NCBI GenBank assembly: GCA_964419045.1
Contig: CAYQNO010000002.1
Span: forward strand, 6 to 64,005
Source: an uncultured Flavobacteriales bacterium
GTDB lineage: Bacteria; Pseudomonadota; Alphaproteobacteria; UBA8366; CAVOAK01
DNA length: 64,000 bases
Direction: 5' to 3'
In this document: piece after piece, positions 10,375-21,684 of the stretch
Layout of the letters: each line of letters begins with the position of its first letter
How positions within the stretch are numbered: the stretch's first letter is position 1
The notes under the pieces: generated by a model
The model's input: only the letters and a program-made list of their open reading frames with translations
The model's database searches: none
Told to the model about the DNA's origin: nothing
Made by a program: the position numbers and the translations under genes

Positions 10375-11733
10375 TTGAGTATGTATCGATCTCTGCTTCC
10401 AACTTGCTCCTTTAAGGATGGGCTGCTGTTTAATTTTCATTGGTTGTCATCGCGTGTGGTGAAAATACCAGCGTTTGTAGCACGGTCATTGTCTAAGCTA
10501 TTCCATATGGGGCTGGTGATTGCTGGTCTGGTGACGGTTTCGTCACATTCTGGATACTCAGGCGAGACGACCGGATGGGCAGAATACAGGAGTGGGAATT
10601 ATGCTGTTGCCTATAAAGCCTTCTTAGAGAGGTCAAGAGCAGGAGATCCCAGAGCGCAACATAATTTGGCGGTGATGTTCGATCTCGGTCAAGGCGTTGC
10701 TCAAGACAGCAATAAAGCTGTGAAATGGTATCGATTGGCGGCAGAGCAGGGCCATGCAATGTCGCAAAATAACCTTGGTATCATGTTCGAGCAAGGACGC
10801 GGCATCAAAAAAAACCCAACTGAGGCGGCCAAATGGTATCGTAAGGCGGCTAAACGAGGTCAAGCAATTGCTCAACATAATCTCGCTTTGTTACTGCAAA
10901 AGGGCACTGGCACAGCGGTCAATCATTCTGAGGCAGCGAACTGGTTTTTGAAGGCTGCAAAACAGGGTCTTATTGATGCTCAATACAATATTGCCTGGAT
11001 GTACGCACAGGGTATAGGTGTAAAGCTGGATCGCGCAAAATCGGCAGGGTGGTATCTGCGGGCAGCGGAACAGGGTCATGCCATGGCCCAAAACAACCTA
11101 GGTAATCTTTTCGAGTTAGGGCAAGGCGTAAAGCGTAATTATGGTGCAGCGATGGAATGGTACCGCCTTGCTGCCGACCAGGGTCTTGCGAACGCGCAAT
11201 ATAATATAGGGTGGCTATACGCAAACGCTATCGGTGTTGCCCGTGATAATGTTGAGGCGGCGCTATGGTATCGTATTGCAGCCGAAAATGGACTTGCTGA
11301 TGCTCAATTTAGTATCGGCGCCCTTTACGAGTCTGGCAGCGGACTGGTCAAAAATAATGGTGAAGCGCTGAGGTGGTACCGCGCTGCGACGGAGAACGGT
11401 CATGAACGAGCACGTACAGCGATACAAGCGATGCTCGCTCGTGTTGTTACCGTCGTGCCCACAGCAGAGGTAATCACTAAACAACAATCACAAGTAATAT
11501 TGGGAGAAAACATGTACAACACCAATTTGGTGCCACGACCGGGACCAAAGCCACAGGTGCCAACGACATTCGTTGCTGTTGAAAACTTAAGTGCTGAGAA
11601 TGGCACAATTTTGAATAAGTTAGCGACACCTGATTCGTCGACAGGTATCCCTACAATCTGCATTGGCGCACCTGTTCAACTAAAGTTTCATCGACGATGG
11701 AAAATACGCCAGACAAGCAAATGTGAATTGTAA
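10375..11733 (+). CDS. Sel1-like repeat protein, probably exported
   Basis: About 7 repeats of AQxNLG..Y..G.GV......A..WYR.AAEQG. The true start is probably nearer 10507. Confidence 0.88.
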   Translation: MSMYRSLLPTCSFKDGLLFNFHWLSSRVVKIPAFVARSLSKLFHMGLVIAGLVTVSSHSGYSGETTGWAEYRSGNYAVAYKAFLERSRAGDPRAQHNLAVMFDLGQGVAQDSNKAVKWYRLAAEQGHAMSQNNLGIMFEQGRGIKKNPTEAAKWYRKAAKRGQAIAQHNLALLLQKGTGTAVNHSEAANWFLKAAKQGLIDAQYNIAWMYAQGIGVKLDRAKSAGWYLRAAEQGHAMAQNNLGNLFELGQGVKRNYGAAMEWYRLAADQGLANAQYNIGWLYANAIGVARDNVEAALWYRIAAENGLADAQFSIGALYESGSGLVKNNGEALRWYRAATENGHERARTAIQAMLARVVTVVPTAEVITKQQSQVILGENMYNTNLVPRPGPKPQVPTTFVAVENLSAENGTILNKLATPDSSTGIPTICIGAPVQLKFHRRWKIRQTSKCEL

Positions 11734-11958
11734 AAAAGGTGATGGTGATACGATTTTTAGGTTGGCCGGATACAGTGAGTGAGCGGAATGAATTTGAGGC
11801 TCTAACGGGAATGCATAAATCTGTTTTAGTTGGCTAGGGGGGGTAACTCTAATAGGAAACTGATAAATGAGAATAGATTGTGAAATTCAAAAGTATGCAA
11901 TAGCTGGTGGAACCAGATACTTGTCCAACTCAATTACCATCACCATGAAAGAAATTGA

Positions 11959-12306
11959 ATGTTAAATAGGTCGAGCAATGACATTGAAAGTTACCACGCT
12001 CATATCTACTATGATGCCGCTTCAAAGAAGGTGGCGGCGAATCTAAGGCTTGGTCTTGAAGAGAGGTTTGAAGCTGTTTACGGACGTTGGCATGACAAAC
12101 CCGTTGGTCCCCACCCTCGATGGAGCTATCAGGTGGAGTTTGAAGTAGCGTTGTTCGATCAGATCATCCCATGGCTTGCTCTCAATCGGCAAAATCTCAC
12201 GGTATTCGTTCATCCTAATACTGGTGAGTCGGTTCCTGACCACACGGATCATGCCATGTGGCTTGGACCTAGCGTAGAACTCAAAATCGACGCACTAGGT
12301 GGCTAG
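11959..12306 (+). CDS. DOPA 4,5-dioxygenase family protein
   Basis: YHAHIYY, PVGPHP, VFVHPNTG..DHTDHAMWLG motifs. Confidence 0.88.
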   Translation: MLNRSSNDIESYHAHIYYDAASKKVAANLRLGLEERFEAVYGRWHDKPVGPHPRWSYQVEFEVALFDQIIPWLALNRQNLTVFVHPNTGESVPDHTDHAMWLGPSVELKIDALGG

Positions 12307-12368
12307 TTGGGCAAGTTATTTTAGTACGGTTAGAAATAAATCGCTGTTTAAATCCGCCAGTCCAATAA

Positions 12369-12869
12369 TTAACTTTTACGAAACGTGTCAAGAGTGACCA
12401 CGTTGTCGTCAGCAGTTTTGGTTTGTGTCACTGGTTCGGTCGATGCAGCCAGTTTTACATCACTTTTTTTCTTGGTATCAAAATAAGAATCTGCTTCTAG
12501 CTCTTCGTTTGTCTGATCAATTCTAAACCGAAGGGCGAAATTGACTGAAGGGTCCGCGAACACGGTCACAGCATCGTAAGGAATATGGAGGTTTTCGGGC
12601 AAATCATTGAAACTCAGTGAGACACTGAATGCATCGCTACTTACCTCGAGTCCCCAAAATTGGTGCTGCAGTACTATTGTCATATCGTGCGGGAAGCTTT
12701 CGCTCAGATGGTCGGCAACTATCACGCCTGGATGATCAGTTAGGAATGTTATGTAAAGTTGATGGTCACCAGGAAGACCCCGTTCAGCCACTTTTAGGAG
12801 AGTCATGCGGATGACATCTCTCAGCGTTTCTTCAACCATTTGGTCGTATTTGAGTAGGTCGTTACTCAT
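12369..12869 (-). CDS. sspB: ClpXP adaptor SspB (alpha type)
   Basis: GLPGDHQLYITF, MTIVLQHQFWGL, FADPSVNF and C-terminal VVTLDTFRK; lies downstream of ssrA. Confidence 0.93.
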   Translation of the reverse strand: MSNDLLKYDQMVEETLRDVIRMTLLKVAERGLPGDHQLYITFLTDHPGVIVADHLSESFPHDMTIVLQHQFWGLEVSSDAFSVSLSFNDLPENLHIPYDAVTVFADPSVNFALRFRIDQTNEELEADSYFDTKKKSDVKLAASTEPVTQTKTADDNVVTLDTFRKS

Positions 12870-12974
12870 TGTTTTATGGTGTGTCCTGTTTCAAATTAGC
12901 TGACACTATTTCCGAGCATTTGTTTAGAGCGCAGATCATACTAGCTCCAAAGGTGGCAGCATGTCCCAGTCAAA

Positions 12975-13265
12975 GTGGGGGGCTTCTGTTGCCCGGTGCC
13001 CCCCGAACCGCGCTTACTTAGAGTTACCGTATGGCAAATTAAGCAGCGAGTGCGAGTTTGTTATCATTCGCACCTAAAAGTAGGCCCGATAACGGCGGTA
13101 CCATGCCGGGAACAAACCTTATCTTTACCACGCGCGTCGATCCTGTTTCGCCCCCTCGGTTTGCGCCGGCCATTGGCACGTCTGAGAGTGGTGGAGGCGC
13201 CGGGTACTGCCCCCGGGTCCGCTACGCTTATTCCACAAGGCGTTTAGCGCCATAGTCGGTTGTCC
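12975..13265 (-). ncRNA. ssrA: Two-piece (circularly permuted) tmRNA
   Basis: The acceptor piece ends CGCCTCCACCA at 13189 and the coding piece starts GGGGGCG at 13155, giving a G3-U70 Ala determinant. Tag frame 13071-13039 reads ANDNKLALAA*. Outer ends are approximate. Confidence 0.95.
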
Positions 13266-13434
13266 GACACAAACAATATAGAAACTGTTGAGGCTCTGAG
13301 ACAAGGGCGCTTATTTGGTTATTTTAAATTGACACAACATGCGAGCAATATAGTTTAGAAAATTATTGCTCTTTGAGTGAATATTGCCATACATCTGCTT
13401 TCTCGTATCAAAATAGTCCTGTAAATTTAATGCC

Positions 13435-14229
13435 ATGCGACAATATTTGAATCTACTACGTCTTGTGCGTGAGAAAGGTGCTCCAAAGGAGGACCGTACT
13501 GGTACAGGAACTATCAGCGCGTTCGGTAACCAGATGCGGTTCGATCTTAAAAGAGGCTTTCCTCTTCTTACTACAAAAAAACTACATTTAAAGTCGATTA
13601 TCCATGAGTTGTTGTGGTTTTTACAGGGAGATACCAACATTGGTTATCTAAAGGAACATGGTGTTCGAATTTGGGATGAGTGGGCTGATGAAAAAGGAGA
13701 CCTAGGACCTGTCTATGGTAAGCAATGGCGTTCTTGGCCGACGCCTGACGGTAAGCATATTGACCAAATTGCAGAAGTGATCGAAGACATCAAAAGCGTT
13801 CCTTCTTCTCGCCGTCACGTGGTCTGTGCATGGAATGTAGCTGAGTTGGAAAAGATGGCATTGCTCCCATGCCACTGCCTCTTTCAGTTTTATGTTGCAG
13901 ACGGCAGACTCTCGTGCCAGCTTTACCAACGTAGCGCAGATCTGTTCCTCGGTGTTCCATTCAACATCACCTCATATGCACTCCTGACCATGATGGTGGC
14001 CCAGGTAACTGGGCTTGATCTGGGTGATTTTGTGCACACTTTTGGCGATGCACACATCTACATGAATCATCTGGAACAGGTAGATGAACAATTGACGCGC
14101 CAGCCCTACTTGCTGCCGACGATGACACTCAATCCGCTGGTCAAGGATATTTTCGGCTTCACATATGACGACTTCACGCTTAAGAACTATCGTTTTCATC
14201 CACAAATACCGGCACAGGTAGCTGTCTAG
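13435..14229 (+). CDS. thyA: Thymidylate synthase
   Basis: DRTGTGT, LPCH and [14 protein letters not shown] motifs. Confidence 0.98.
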   Translation: MRQYLNLLRLVREKGAPKEDRTGTGTISAFGNQMRFDLKRGFPLLTTKKLHLKSIIHELLWFLQGDTNIGYLKEHGVRIWDEWADEKGDLGPVYGKQWRSWPTPDGKHIDQIAEVIEDIKSVPSSRRHVVCAWNVAELEKMALLPCHCLFQFYVADGRLSCQLYQRSADLFLGVPFNITSYALLTMMVAQVTGLDLGDFVHTFGDAHIYMNHLEQVDEQLTRQPYLLPTMTLNPLVKDIFGFTYDDFTLKNYRFHPQIPAQVAV

Positions 14230-14232
14230 GAT

Positions 14233-14733
14233 ATGGGTCTTTCTTTAGTGGCGGCGATGGCAAAAAATCGAGTGATAGGGTCGCGCGGCGTGCTCCCCTG
14301 GCACTTACCAGCTGACCTTAAACATTTCAAGAATATCACACTGAGCAAACCTATATTGATGGGTCGTAAGACATGGGACTCGCTTCATATCCAACCGTTG
14401 CCCGGACGCGATAACATTATATTAACGCGCAATTCAGCATTCCATGCTGACGGGGCAACAGTTGTGCACTCACTCGACGAAGTGCTGATACGCGTTAGAA
14501 AGGCCAGAGAAATTATGGTGATAGGTGGTGCGGAATTATATCGGCTGGCATTACCATACGCTAACTGTATCCACCTTACGGAAGTCCAGGGAGTATTTGA
14601 TGGAGATACCTACTTCCCCGAGCTAGATCCGGCCGAGTGGCGCGAAGTTTGTCGCGAGGAACATTTAGCGCAGGATGCATCTCCAGCTTATAGTTTCGTA
14701 ATGTTGGAGCGCGCTTATTCAACGTCCACCTAG
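14233..14733 (+). CDS. folA: Dihydrofolate reductase
   Basis: LPWHLPADLKHFK, MGRKTW, VIGGAELY and GDTYFP motifs. Confidence 0.96.
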   Translation: MGLSLVAAMAKNRVIGSRGVLPWHLPADLKHFKNITLSKPILMGRKTWDSLHIQPLPGRDNIILTRNSAFHADGATVVHSLDEVLIRVRKAREIMVIGGAELYRLALPYANCIHLTEVQGVFDGDTYFPELDPAEWREVCREEHLAQDASPAYSFVMLERAYSTST

Positions 14734-15579
14734 TTATGAGTTAAGAGTGTTTGAGTGCCAAGTAATATGGTCCGCAATGAAACTAGCAATGAAATAATAA
14801 CTGTGGTCATAGCCGTCCTGCATACGGAGTTCGAGTGGAATTCTGGCAGATTCACAGGCACTGACTAAATTATCGGGTTTAAGCTGATCGTTAAGAAATG
14901 GATCAGTAGTTCCTTGATCAACTAAAATTTTCTCGACTCTTTTGCCGGCAATGATCAACTGACAAGTGTCATATTCCTTCCATGCTGTCTTGTCAGGGCC
15001 AAGATAACCTTCGAAAGCCTTCTCTCCCCATGGACAGTTCATTGGTGAACATATGGGTGAAAAAGCTGAAACAGAGCGGTATCGCCCTGGATTACGAAGA
15101 GCGCAGACAAGTGCGCCATGACCACCCATGGAATGTCCAAAGATACCTTGTCGTGAGGGATCACATGCGAAGTTGTCGAATGCCAAATTAGGCAGTTCCT
15201 CGGTAACATATGAATACATGCGATAATTGCTTGACCAGGGTGCTTGCGTAGCATCGACGTAAAATCCAGCTGCACTACCGAAATCATAATCGTCATGTTC
15301 TCCCGGCAGGTCGAGACCACGTGGACTCGTGTCGGGCACAATTAGAATAACGCCATGTTGTGCAGCAAAATGTTGTGCGCCTGATTTGGCGGTAAAATTT
15401 TCTTCTGTGCAAGTAAGTCCCGAGAGAAACCACAATACGGGTACCTTACCCATCTTAGCCTGAGGGGGACTGTATAACGAGAAACTCATTTTCGTCCCGG
15501 TTTCGGAGGAAACATGAGTATAAAATCCCTGAATGCCTCCAAAGCACTTTTGCTCGTTAATCGTTTCAATTGTACTCAT
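14734..15579 (-). CDS. fghA: S-formylglutathione hydrolase
   Basis: LSGLTC, GHSMGGHGA and GYDHSYYFI motifs. Start set to MSTIE. Confidence 0.96.
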   Translation of the reverse strand: MSTIETINEQKCFGGIQGFYTHVSSETGTKMSFSLYSPPQAKMGKVPVLWFLSGLTCTEENFTAKSGAQHFAAQHGVILIVPDTSPRGLDLPGEHDDYDFGSAAGFYVDATQAPWSSNYRMYSYVTEELPNLAFDNFACDPSRQGIFGHSMGGHGALVCALRNPGRYRSVSAFSPICSPMNCPWGEKAFEGYLGPDKTAWKEYDTCQLIIAGKRVEKILVDQGTTDPFLNDQLKPDNLVSACESARIPLELRMQDGYDHSYYFIASFIADHITWHSNTLNS

Positions 15580-15617
15580 GATCCACCGACACAATGTTAG
15601 ATTTGGGAAAATATTTT

Positions 15618-15658
15618 ATACCATCCGCAATGGCTATGAGCTCCAAAGCGGATGGTAT
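15618..15658. other. Intercistronic stem-loop between frmA and fghA
   Basis: 11-bp perfect inverted repeat ATACCATCCGC / GCGGATGGTAT. Confidence 0.55.
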
Positions 15659-15671
15659 GGGCAATTTAGGC

Positions 15672-16817
<1,146 letters not shown>

Positions 16818-16905
16818 TTAGTCTTTTGTAACAACGCAAAGCTGTCAGAGCAAACCGACGGTGACAAGTCTTAACGATTGTACGATCTCAGTCTATTAGT
16901 CAAAG

Positions 16906-17667
16906 TTAAATATTTCGCGCCCTGGATATCGCGTCACTGGCCGCTCCAACCAGAATGCGTACATCCGATGCTAATGTTACTAATTGAAATCCCTTTTCTG
17001 TCATCTGACGTGCCATGTCGGCACTACCGCAGTGAATGCCAGGTACCACCCCATGACGCAGCGCAGCGGCGTGGATACTATCTATTGCTTCTGCAACTTC
17101 AGCGTCTTTTGGTTCGTATTGCGGCTCGTAGCCCAGGCTTATAGCTAAGTCGTTAGGGCCGATATATATTCCATCGAGTCCATCAGTCGACATGATTTCA
17201 TCTAAATTTTGCAAGGCTTCAGCCGTCTCGATCATCGCGATCGCCAAAATTGTATCATTGGCATATTCAAAATAGTCATTGCCGCCATAGATTAGGCCAC
17301 GTACTGGCCCCCAACTGCGGTAGCCACGAGGTGCGTAGCGGCAGGCTCCGACAAATGCTTCGCAGTCTGTTCGGCTATTAATCATTGGACAGATGATACC
17401 GTAGGCACCGGCATCAAGTGCGCGCATTATCCATGGTGGTGTATTCCAGGGCACCCGAACCATTGGAACTAATTTTGTTGACGATATCGTTTGTAGAATG
17501 GGGACAGCGGCATCCCAGTCGACGAGGCCATGTTGAAGGTCAATCGTCATAGAGTTCCAATCGAGTTGGGACAGTGCCTCGGCTGAAATAGTACTGTTAA
17601 TTGTAAGCCAACAGTTAAGGGCTGTTTTACCTTCTTCCCATAATTTACGTAATCGATTCTCGCGCAT
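16906..17667 (-). CDS. HpcH/HpaI aldolase family protein
   Basis: IDLQHG, PMVRVPWN, LDAGAYG, MIETAEAL and IGPNDL motifs. Confidence 0.9.
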   Translation of the reverse strand: MRENRLRKLWEEGKTALNCWLTINSTISAEALSQLDWNSMTIDLQHGLVDWDAAVPILQTISSTKLVPMVRVPWNTPPWIMRALDAGAYGIICPMINSRTDCEAFVGACRYAPRGYRSWGPVRGLIYGGNDYFEYANDTILAIAMIETAEALQNLDEIMSTDGLDGIYIGPNDLAISLGYEPQYEPKDAEVAEAIDSIHAAALRHGVVPGIHCGSADMARQMTEKGFQLVTLASDVRILVGAASDAISRARNI

Positions 17668-17934
17668 AGCTATATTCTATCCCTTTTTATCCTTGGTTTT
17701 GAATTTAAATTAAGACTGCACTGCATAAAGACCAGTATCCAATGCTAGCAGAAATATGGTTTTCAGATTTCATCCGGAAGGTAACTGCATCTAGTTCTTT
17801 ATTATCCTACAAACTACTTTAACATGGTGCTAGGGCACGATTGGAGCTCGCTAGAGTCCAGCACAAATTTGTGTGGTTATATCAGACTTATCAAAAACCT
17901 TTATTCTCTTTAGATGTCACGAAAGAGAAGCGTA

Positions 17935-19074
17935 TTACTCCTCCATAATTTTGGGTGCATGTCGTTGGTGGCCGTCCTTTACGGTAGCTAATTTTGACCA
18001 AATACGGTCTGCTATATCCAAGTAAGCCATCGCATGAACACTATCTGGCTGACTCATTACAATCGGCTCCCCGTTATCTGATGTTTCGCGAATGGCTATA
18101 TCGAGTGGAACTTCGCCAAGGAATTCAGTCCCCAAATTTTCTGCCTCTTTTCGGGCGCCGCCGTGGCTAAAAATATTTGCTCGGTCACCACATTTTGGAC
18201 AGATATAATAACTCATATTCTCTACGAATCCGAGCACCGGGACATCAACTTTTCGGAACATATTTAAACCTTTACGGGCATCTAGAAGAGCGATGTCCTG
18301 GGGAGTAGATACAATGATAGCACCGGCAAGTGGAACTTGCTGCGCCATCGTTAACTGCGCGTCTCCTGTTCCTGGCGGCATATCAACAATCATTATATCA
18401 AGCTCACCCCAATCGATATCACGTAACATCTGTTGTAATGCGCTGTGAACCATAGGTCCGCGCCAAATCATTGGTGTTTCTTCAGGTACGAGGAAGCCCA
18501 TCGACATCACTTTTAGGCCGTGGCTGATTAGCGGCTTCAATAGATTGTCTTCATTCGTTTTGGGTTTACCCGTGACGCCAAGCATACGAGGCTGTGAGGG
18601 TCCGTAGACATCTGCATCAAGCATACCGACTTTGAGGTTCTTTGTGACAAGACTAAGTGCAATGTTTGCGGCAGTGGTTGACTTGCCAACGCCACCCTTA
18701 CCGCTTGCTACTGCAACTATATGTTTAACCTCTTTAGGGGCTAATCCGTTGCCTCGTTCAGGAGTGGTGTTCAACTTTTGTTGTGCGCCTCTAGTTGGAC
18801 TTGTTGAGAGCGATTCGGTCGATGAACGGTTAGCCGTTAGAACAGCGGTCACTGATAATACTCCTGGCAATGCCGTAATGGCTTGTTCGGCTTCCTTACG
18901 TAAAGGTTCCAACCGTTCACCACGTTCTACTTCCACTTCAATAGCAAAACCTACGTTACCATCCTTAATAATTATTCCCGTGACCATACCGAGGGAGACG
19001 ATATCGTTTCCTCGATCGGGATCACTAATATGACCTAAGGTGTCGAGGATTAGCTTTTCTGTGATGTTTTCCAT
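17935..19074 (-). CDS. apbC: Fe-S cluster carrier ATPase Mrp/ApbC
   Basis: SGKGGVGKST, WRGPM, DMPPGTGD and ENMSYYICPKC motifs. Confidence 0.96.
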   Translation of the reverse strand: MENITEKLILDTLGHISDPDRGNDIVSLGMVTGIIIKDGNVGFAIEVEVERGERLEPLRKEAEQAITALPGVLSVTAVLTANRSSTESLSTSPTRGAQQKLNTTPERGNGLAPKEVKHIVAVASGKGGVGKSTTAANIALSLVTKNLKVGMLDADVYGPSQPRMLGVTGKPKTNEDNLLKPLISHGLKVMSMGFLVPEETPMIWRGPMVHSALQQMLRDIDWGELDIMIVDMPPGTGDAQLTMAQQVPLAGAIIVSTPQDIALLDARKGLNMFRKVDVPVLGFVENMSYYICPKCGDRANIFSHGGARKEAENLGTEFLGEVPLDIAIRETSDNGEPIVMSQPDSVHAMAYLDIADRIWSKLATVKDGHQRHAPKIMEE

Positions 19075-19254
19075 GAAAATCCCTGCTATTAATCTGCTTG
19101 GTGCGCTAAATTGGCTTTCACAAACTTCTGATCACATGGCGGCATTAAACTTTGCGCCGACACCGTGCTCTCATATATGTTATTAAAAGGGTACTTTAGA
19201 AGTGTTGGCAGCTGGTATAAAAAAGTGAAACAAATGATTTTAGGAATTTAAGAT

Positions 19255-20355
19255 ATGTCTTGGCAGAATGATAATGGCAGTGGCTCTTCAGGCGGTGGTC
19301 AGAGTCCTTGGGGTCGAGGTGGTGGAAGACCTCCACCCGACATTGAAGAACTCCTGCGAAAGGGTCAGGACCGAATACGACGATTCATACCCGGTGGCGG
19401 TAGTTCCGCCAAGGGCATCATTCTAATCATTATAGCGGTTGGGGCAGTTTGGCTGGCTTCCGGATTTTATACCGTCAATCCACGTGAACAGGGTGTTGAA
19501 CTAGTATTTGGAAAGTTGTGGGAGGTGACCGGTCCTGGATTAAAATACAACTTACCAGCACCGTTAGGTGAGGTAATAACGCCCCAAGTTGAGGCAATTA
19601 ATCGGGTTGATGTAGGTTTTAGAGGCACTGCTGATGCTGGTACGCGTGGTGGTGTTGCCCGCGATGTGCCTGAAGAAAGTACAATCCTCACGGGTGATCA
19701 GAATATTGTAGACGTAGATTTTCAAGTGCAGTGGAGAATTTCTGATCCCGTAGCCTTCTTATTCAATATTCGAGATCCTGAGGCGACAGTAAAAAGAGCA
19801 GCGGAGAGCGCGATGCGCGAGGTTGTCGGTCAGACTAGCTTCGACGATACTGTTACGGTGGGACGCCAACAGATTGAGGAGCGGACTGAAGAGCTTTTAC
19901 AGACGATACTCAACAACTATAATTCGGGAATATTAATAGAGAATGTGCGGCTCCAGAAATCTGATGCCCCTGGGGAGGTGATTGATGCTTTCAACGATGT
20001 CCAAAGGGCTCGACAGGATAAAGATCGACTTCAAAACGAAGCACAATCCTATGCTAACTCTATTGTCCCGGAGGCACGTGGTGAAGCTGAACAGATGATT
20101 CAGCAGGCGTCTGCATATCGTGAGCGTCTTATAAATGAGGCGGAGGGAGAGGCCCAACGATTCGTCTCAGTATACGATGCATATAAGGTTGCGCCGAAGG
20201 TCACAAAGCGACGCATGTACCTTGAAACTATTGGTCAGGTATTCGGTGCTGCTGAAAAGGTAATAATTGATGGTCCGGTAGGTGGTGGCCAGGGTGTTGT
20301 GCCATATTTGCCATTGCCCGAGATAAAAAAACGCAGCAAAGAAGATAACGATTAG
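19255..20355 (+). CDS. hflK: FtsH modulator HflK
   Basis: PWG...PPDIEELLR N-terminus, SPFH domain, VVPYLPL. Confidence 0.96.
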   Translation: MSWQNDNGSGSSGGGQSPWGRGGGRPPPDIEELLRKGQDRIRRFIPGGGSSAKGIILIIIAVGAVWLASGFYTVNPREQGVELVFGKLWEVTGPGLKYNLPAPLGEVITPQVEAINRVDVGFRGTADAGTRGGVARDVPEESTILTGDQNIVDVDFQVQWRISDPVAFLFNIRDPEATVKRAAESAMREVVGQTSFDDTVTVGRQQIEERTEELLQTILNNYNSGILIENVRLQKSDAPGEVIDAFNDVQRARQDKDRLQNEAQSYANSIVPEARGEAEQMIQQASAYRERLINEAEGEAQRFVSVYDAYKVAPKVTKRRMYLETIGQVFGAAEKVIIDGPVGGGQGVVPYLPLPEIKKRSKEDND

Positions 20356-20390
20356 TCAAGTCCAGCTTGGTGGCTGGGGAGATACAAATA

Positions 20391-21266
20391 ATGAAGCAAA
20401 CAACATTGATCATTCTTGGAGTTGTACTCGTAATTGCAGGCCTCACTGCGGTGCAGTCTGTGTACACAGTGAGAGAAACCGAACAGGCAATTGTTATGCA
20501 GTTTGGCAAGCCAATTCGTGTTGTGACAAAACCAGGTCTTGCTTATAAGCTACCGTTTATCCAGAACATTGAAATATACGATGACCGTATCCTCGACCTT
20601 GATCCGGCAGAGGTGCAAATTCTATTAACAGATAAGAAAAGGATAAATGTAGATGCATATGCGAGATACCGCATAATTGATCCCTTAAAATTTTTCCAGG
20701 CAGCTCGGACCGAGGCGGTCTTACGTGATCGCTTTGGCAAAATTATTAACTCGGCCATCAGACAGGAAATTGCTAAAAATTCGCTAGGCGATTTGTTGTC
20801 AGAAAAGCGTTTGTCCATTATGCAGGATATCCAAGCCAAGGTTGGACATCAGGCTCCTACATTCGGAATTGATATTATAGATGTTCGCATTGGCCGTACC
20901 GACCTTCCTCCCGATACCAGCCAGGCGGTATACAACCGAATGCGTACCGAGCGTGAACGTGAGGCCCGCGAGTTGCGGGCCGAGGGAGCAGAGGAGGCGC
21001 AAAAGATCCGAGCGCGAGCGGATCGAGAGCAAATAGTTATATTGGCGGAGGCGCAGCGTACGTCAGAAATATTGCGTGGTGAGGGTGAGGCCAAGCGTAA
21101 TCTCATTCTTGGCCAGGCCTTCGGTAAGGACCCAGAGTTTTTTGATTTTTATAAATCTCTCGCTGAATATGAAGAAAATTTGGTGGATTCAGAAACGACG
21201 ATGGTTCTCACTCCTGAAAGTGAATTTTTTCGTTTCTTTAGATCTTCCATCGGAAAAACTGAGTAA
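20391..21266 (+). CDS. hflC: FtsH modulator HflC
   Basis: SPFH domain, RMRTERERE and DPEFFDFYKSL. Start set to MKQTT. Confidence 0.96.
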   Translation: MKQTTLIILGVVLVIAGLTAVQSVYTVRETEQAIVMQFGKPIRVVTKPGLAYKLPFIQNIEIYDDRILDLDPAEVQILLTDKKRINVDAYARYRIIDPLKFFQAARTEAVLRDRFGKIINSAIRQEIAKNSLGDLLSEKRLSIMQDIQAKVGHQAPTFGIDIIDVRIGRTDLPPDTSQAVYNRMRTEREREARELRAEGAEEAQKIRARADREQIVILAEAQRTSEILRGEGEAKRNLILGQAFGKDPEFFDFYKSLAEYEENLVDSETTMVLTPESEFFRFFRSSIGKTE

Positions 21267-21302
21267 CTCACTAATTCGCAGTGATTCGCGTACGACTTAC
21301 CC

Positions 21303-21488
21303 ATGAGTGATTTCCTAACTGCAGTGGGCCTGTTGTTTGTAATTGAGGGTCTGCTATATGCAGTATTTCCAGATGGAATGCAGCGCATGATGCAGCAGGC
21401 GCTAGACTTTTCTCCGTCCAATTTGCGAATTGGTGGCGTTGTAGCCATGGGTTTTGGTTTTGGTGTGGTTTGGCTGATCAGGGGATGA
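21303..21488 (+). CDS. DUF2065 small membrane protein
   Basis: GLLFVIEGLLYAVFP; usual position after hflC. Confidence 0.88.
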   Translation: MSDFLTAVGLLFVIEGLLYAVFPDGMQRMMQQALDFSPSNLRIGGVVAMGFGFGVVWLIRG

Positions 21489-21684
21489 GTTTGGAGCGAG
21501 ACCACGCTGCCAAGTCAATTGTGATAACCGTCGAGTATTACAATCTGGGCGCTGTGATGGCACCGGACGCCTTTATATCAACATATTGGTTCCTATATTT
21601 CAGTTGATGGCTGTCTTGGATTATTAAGGTTCAGCCACGAATGGACCAAGTATTAGTGGGCATACCGCAACAGAATATTACTCA

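Noticed and set aside
10600-11420. Periodic DNA similarity suggesting a repeat array
   Set aside because: Explained by 36 aa Sel1 coding repeats. I saw no CRISPR array or cas gene anywhere in the window.
12975-13255. Plus-strand ORFs of 90 and 65 aa
   Set aside because: Antisense to the tmRNA.
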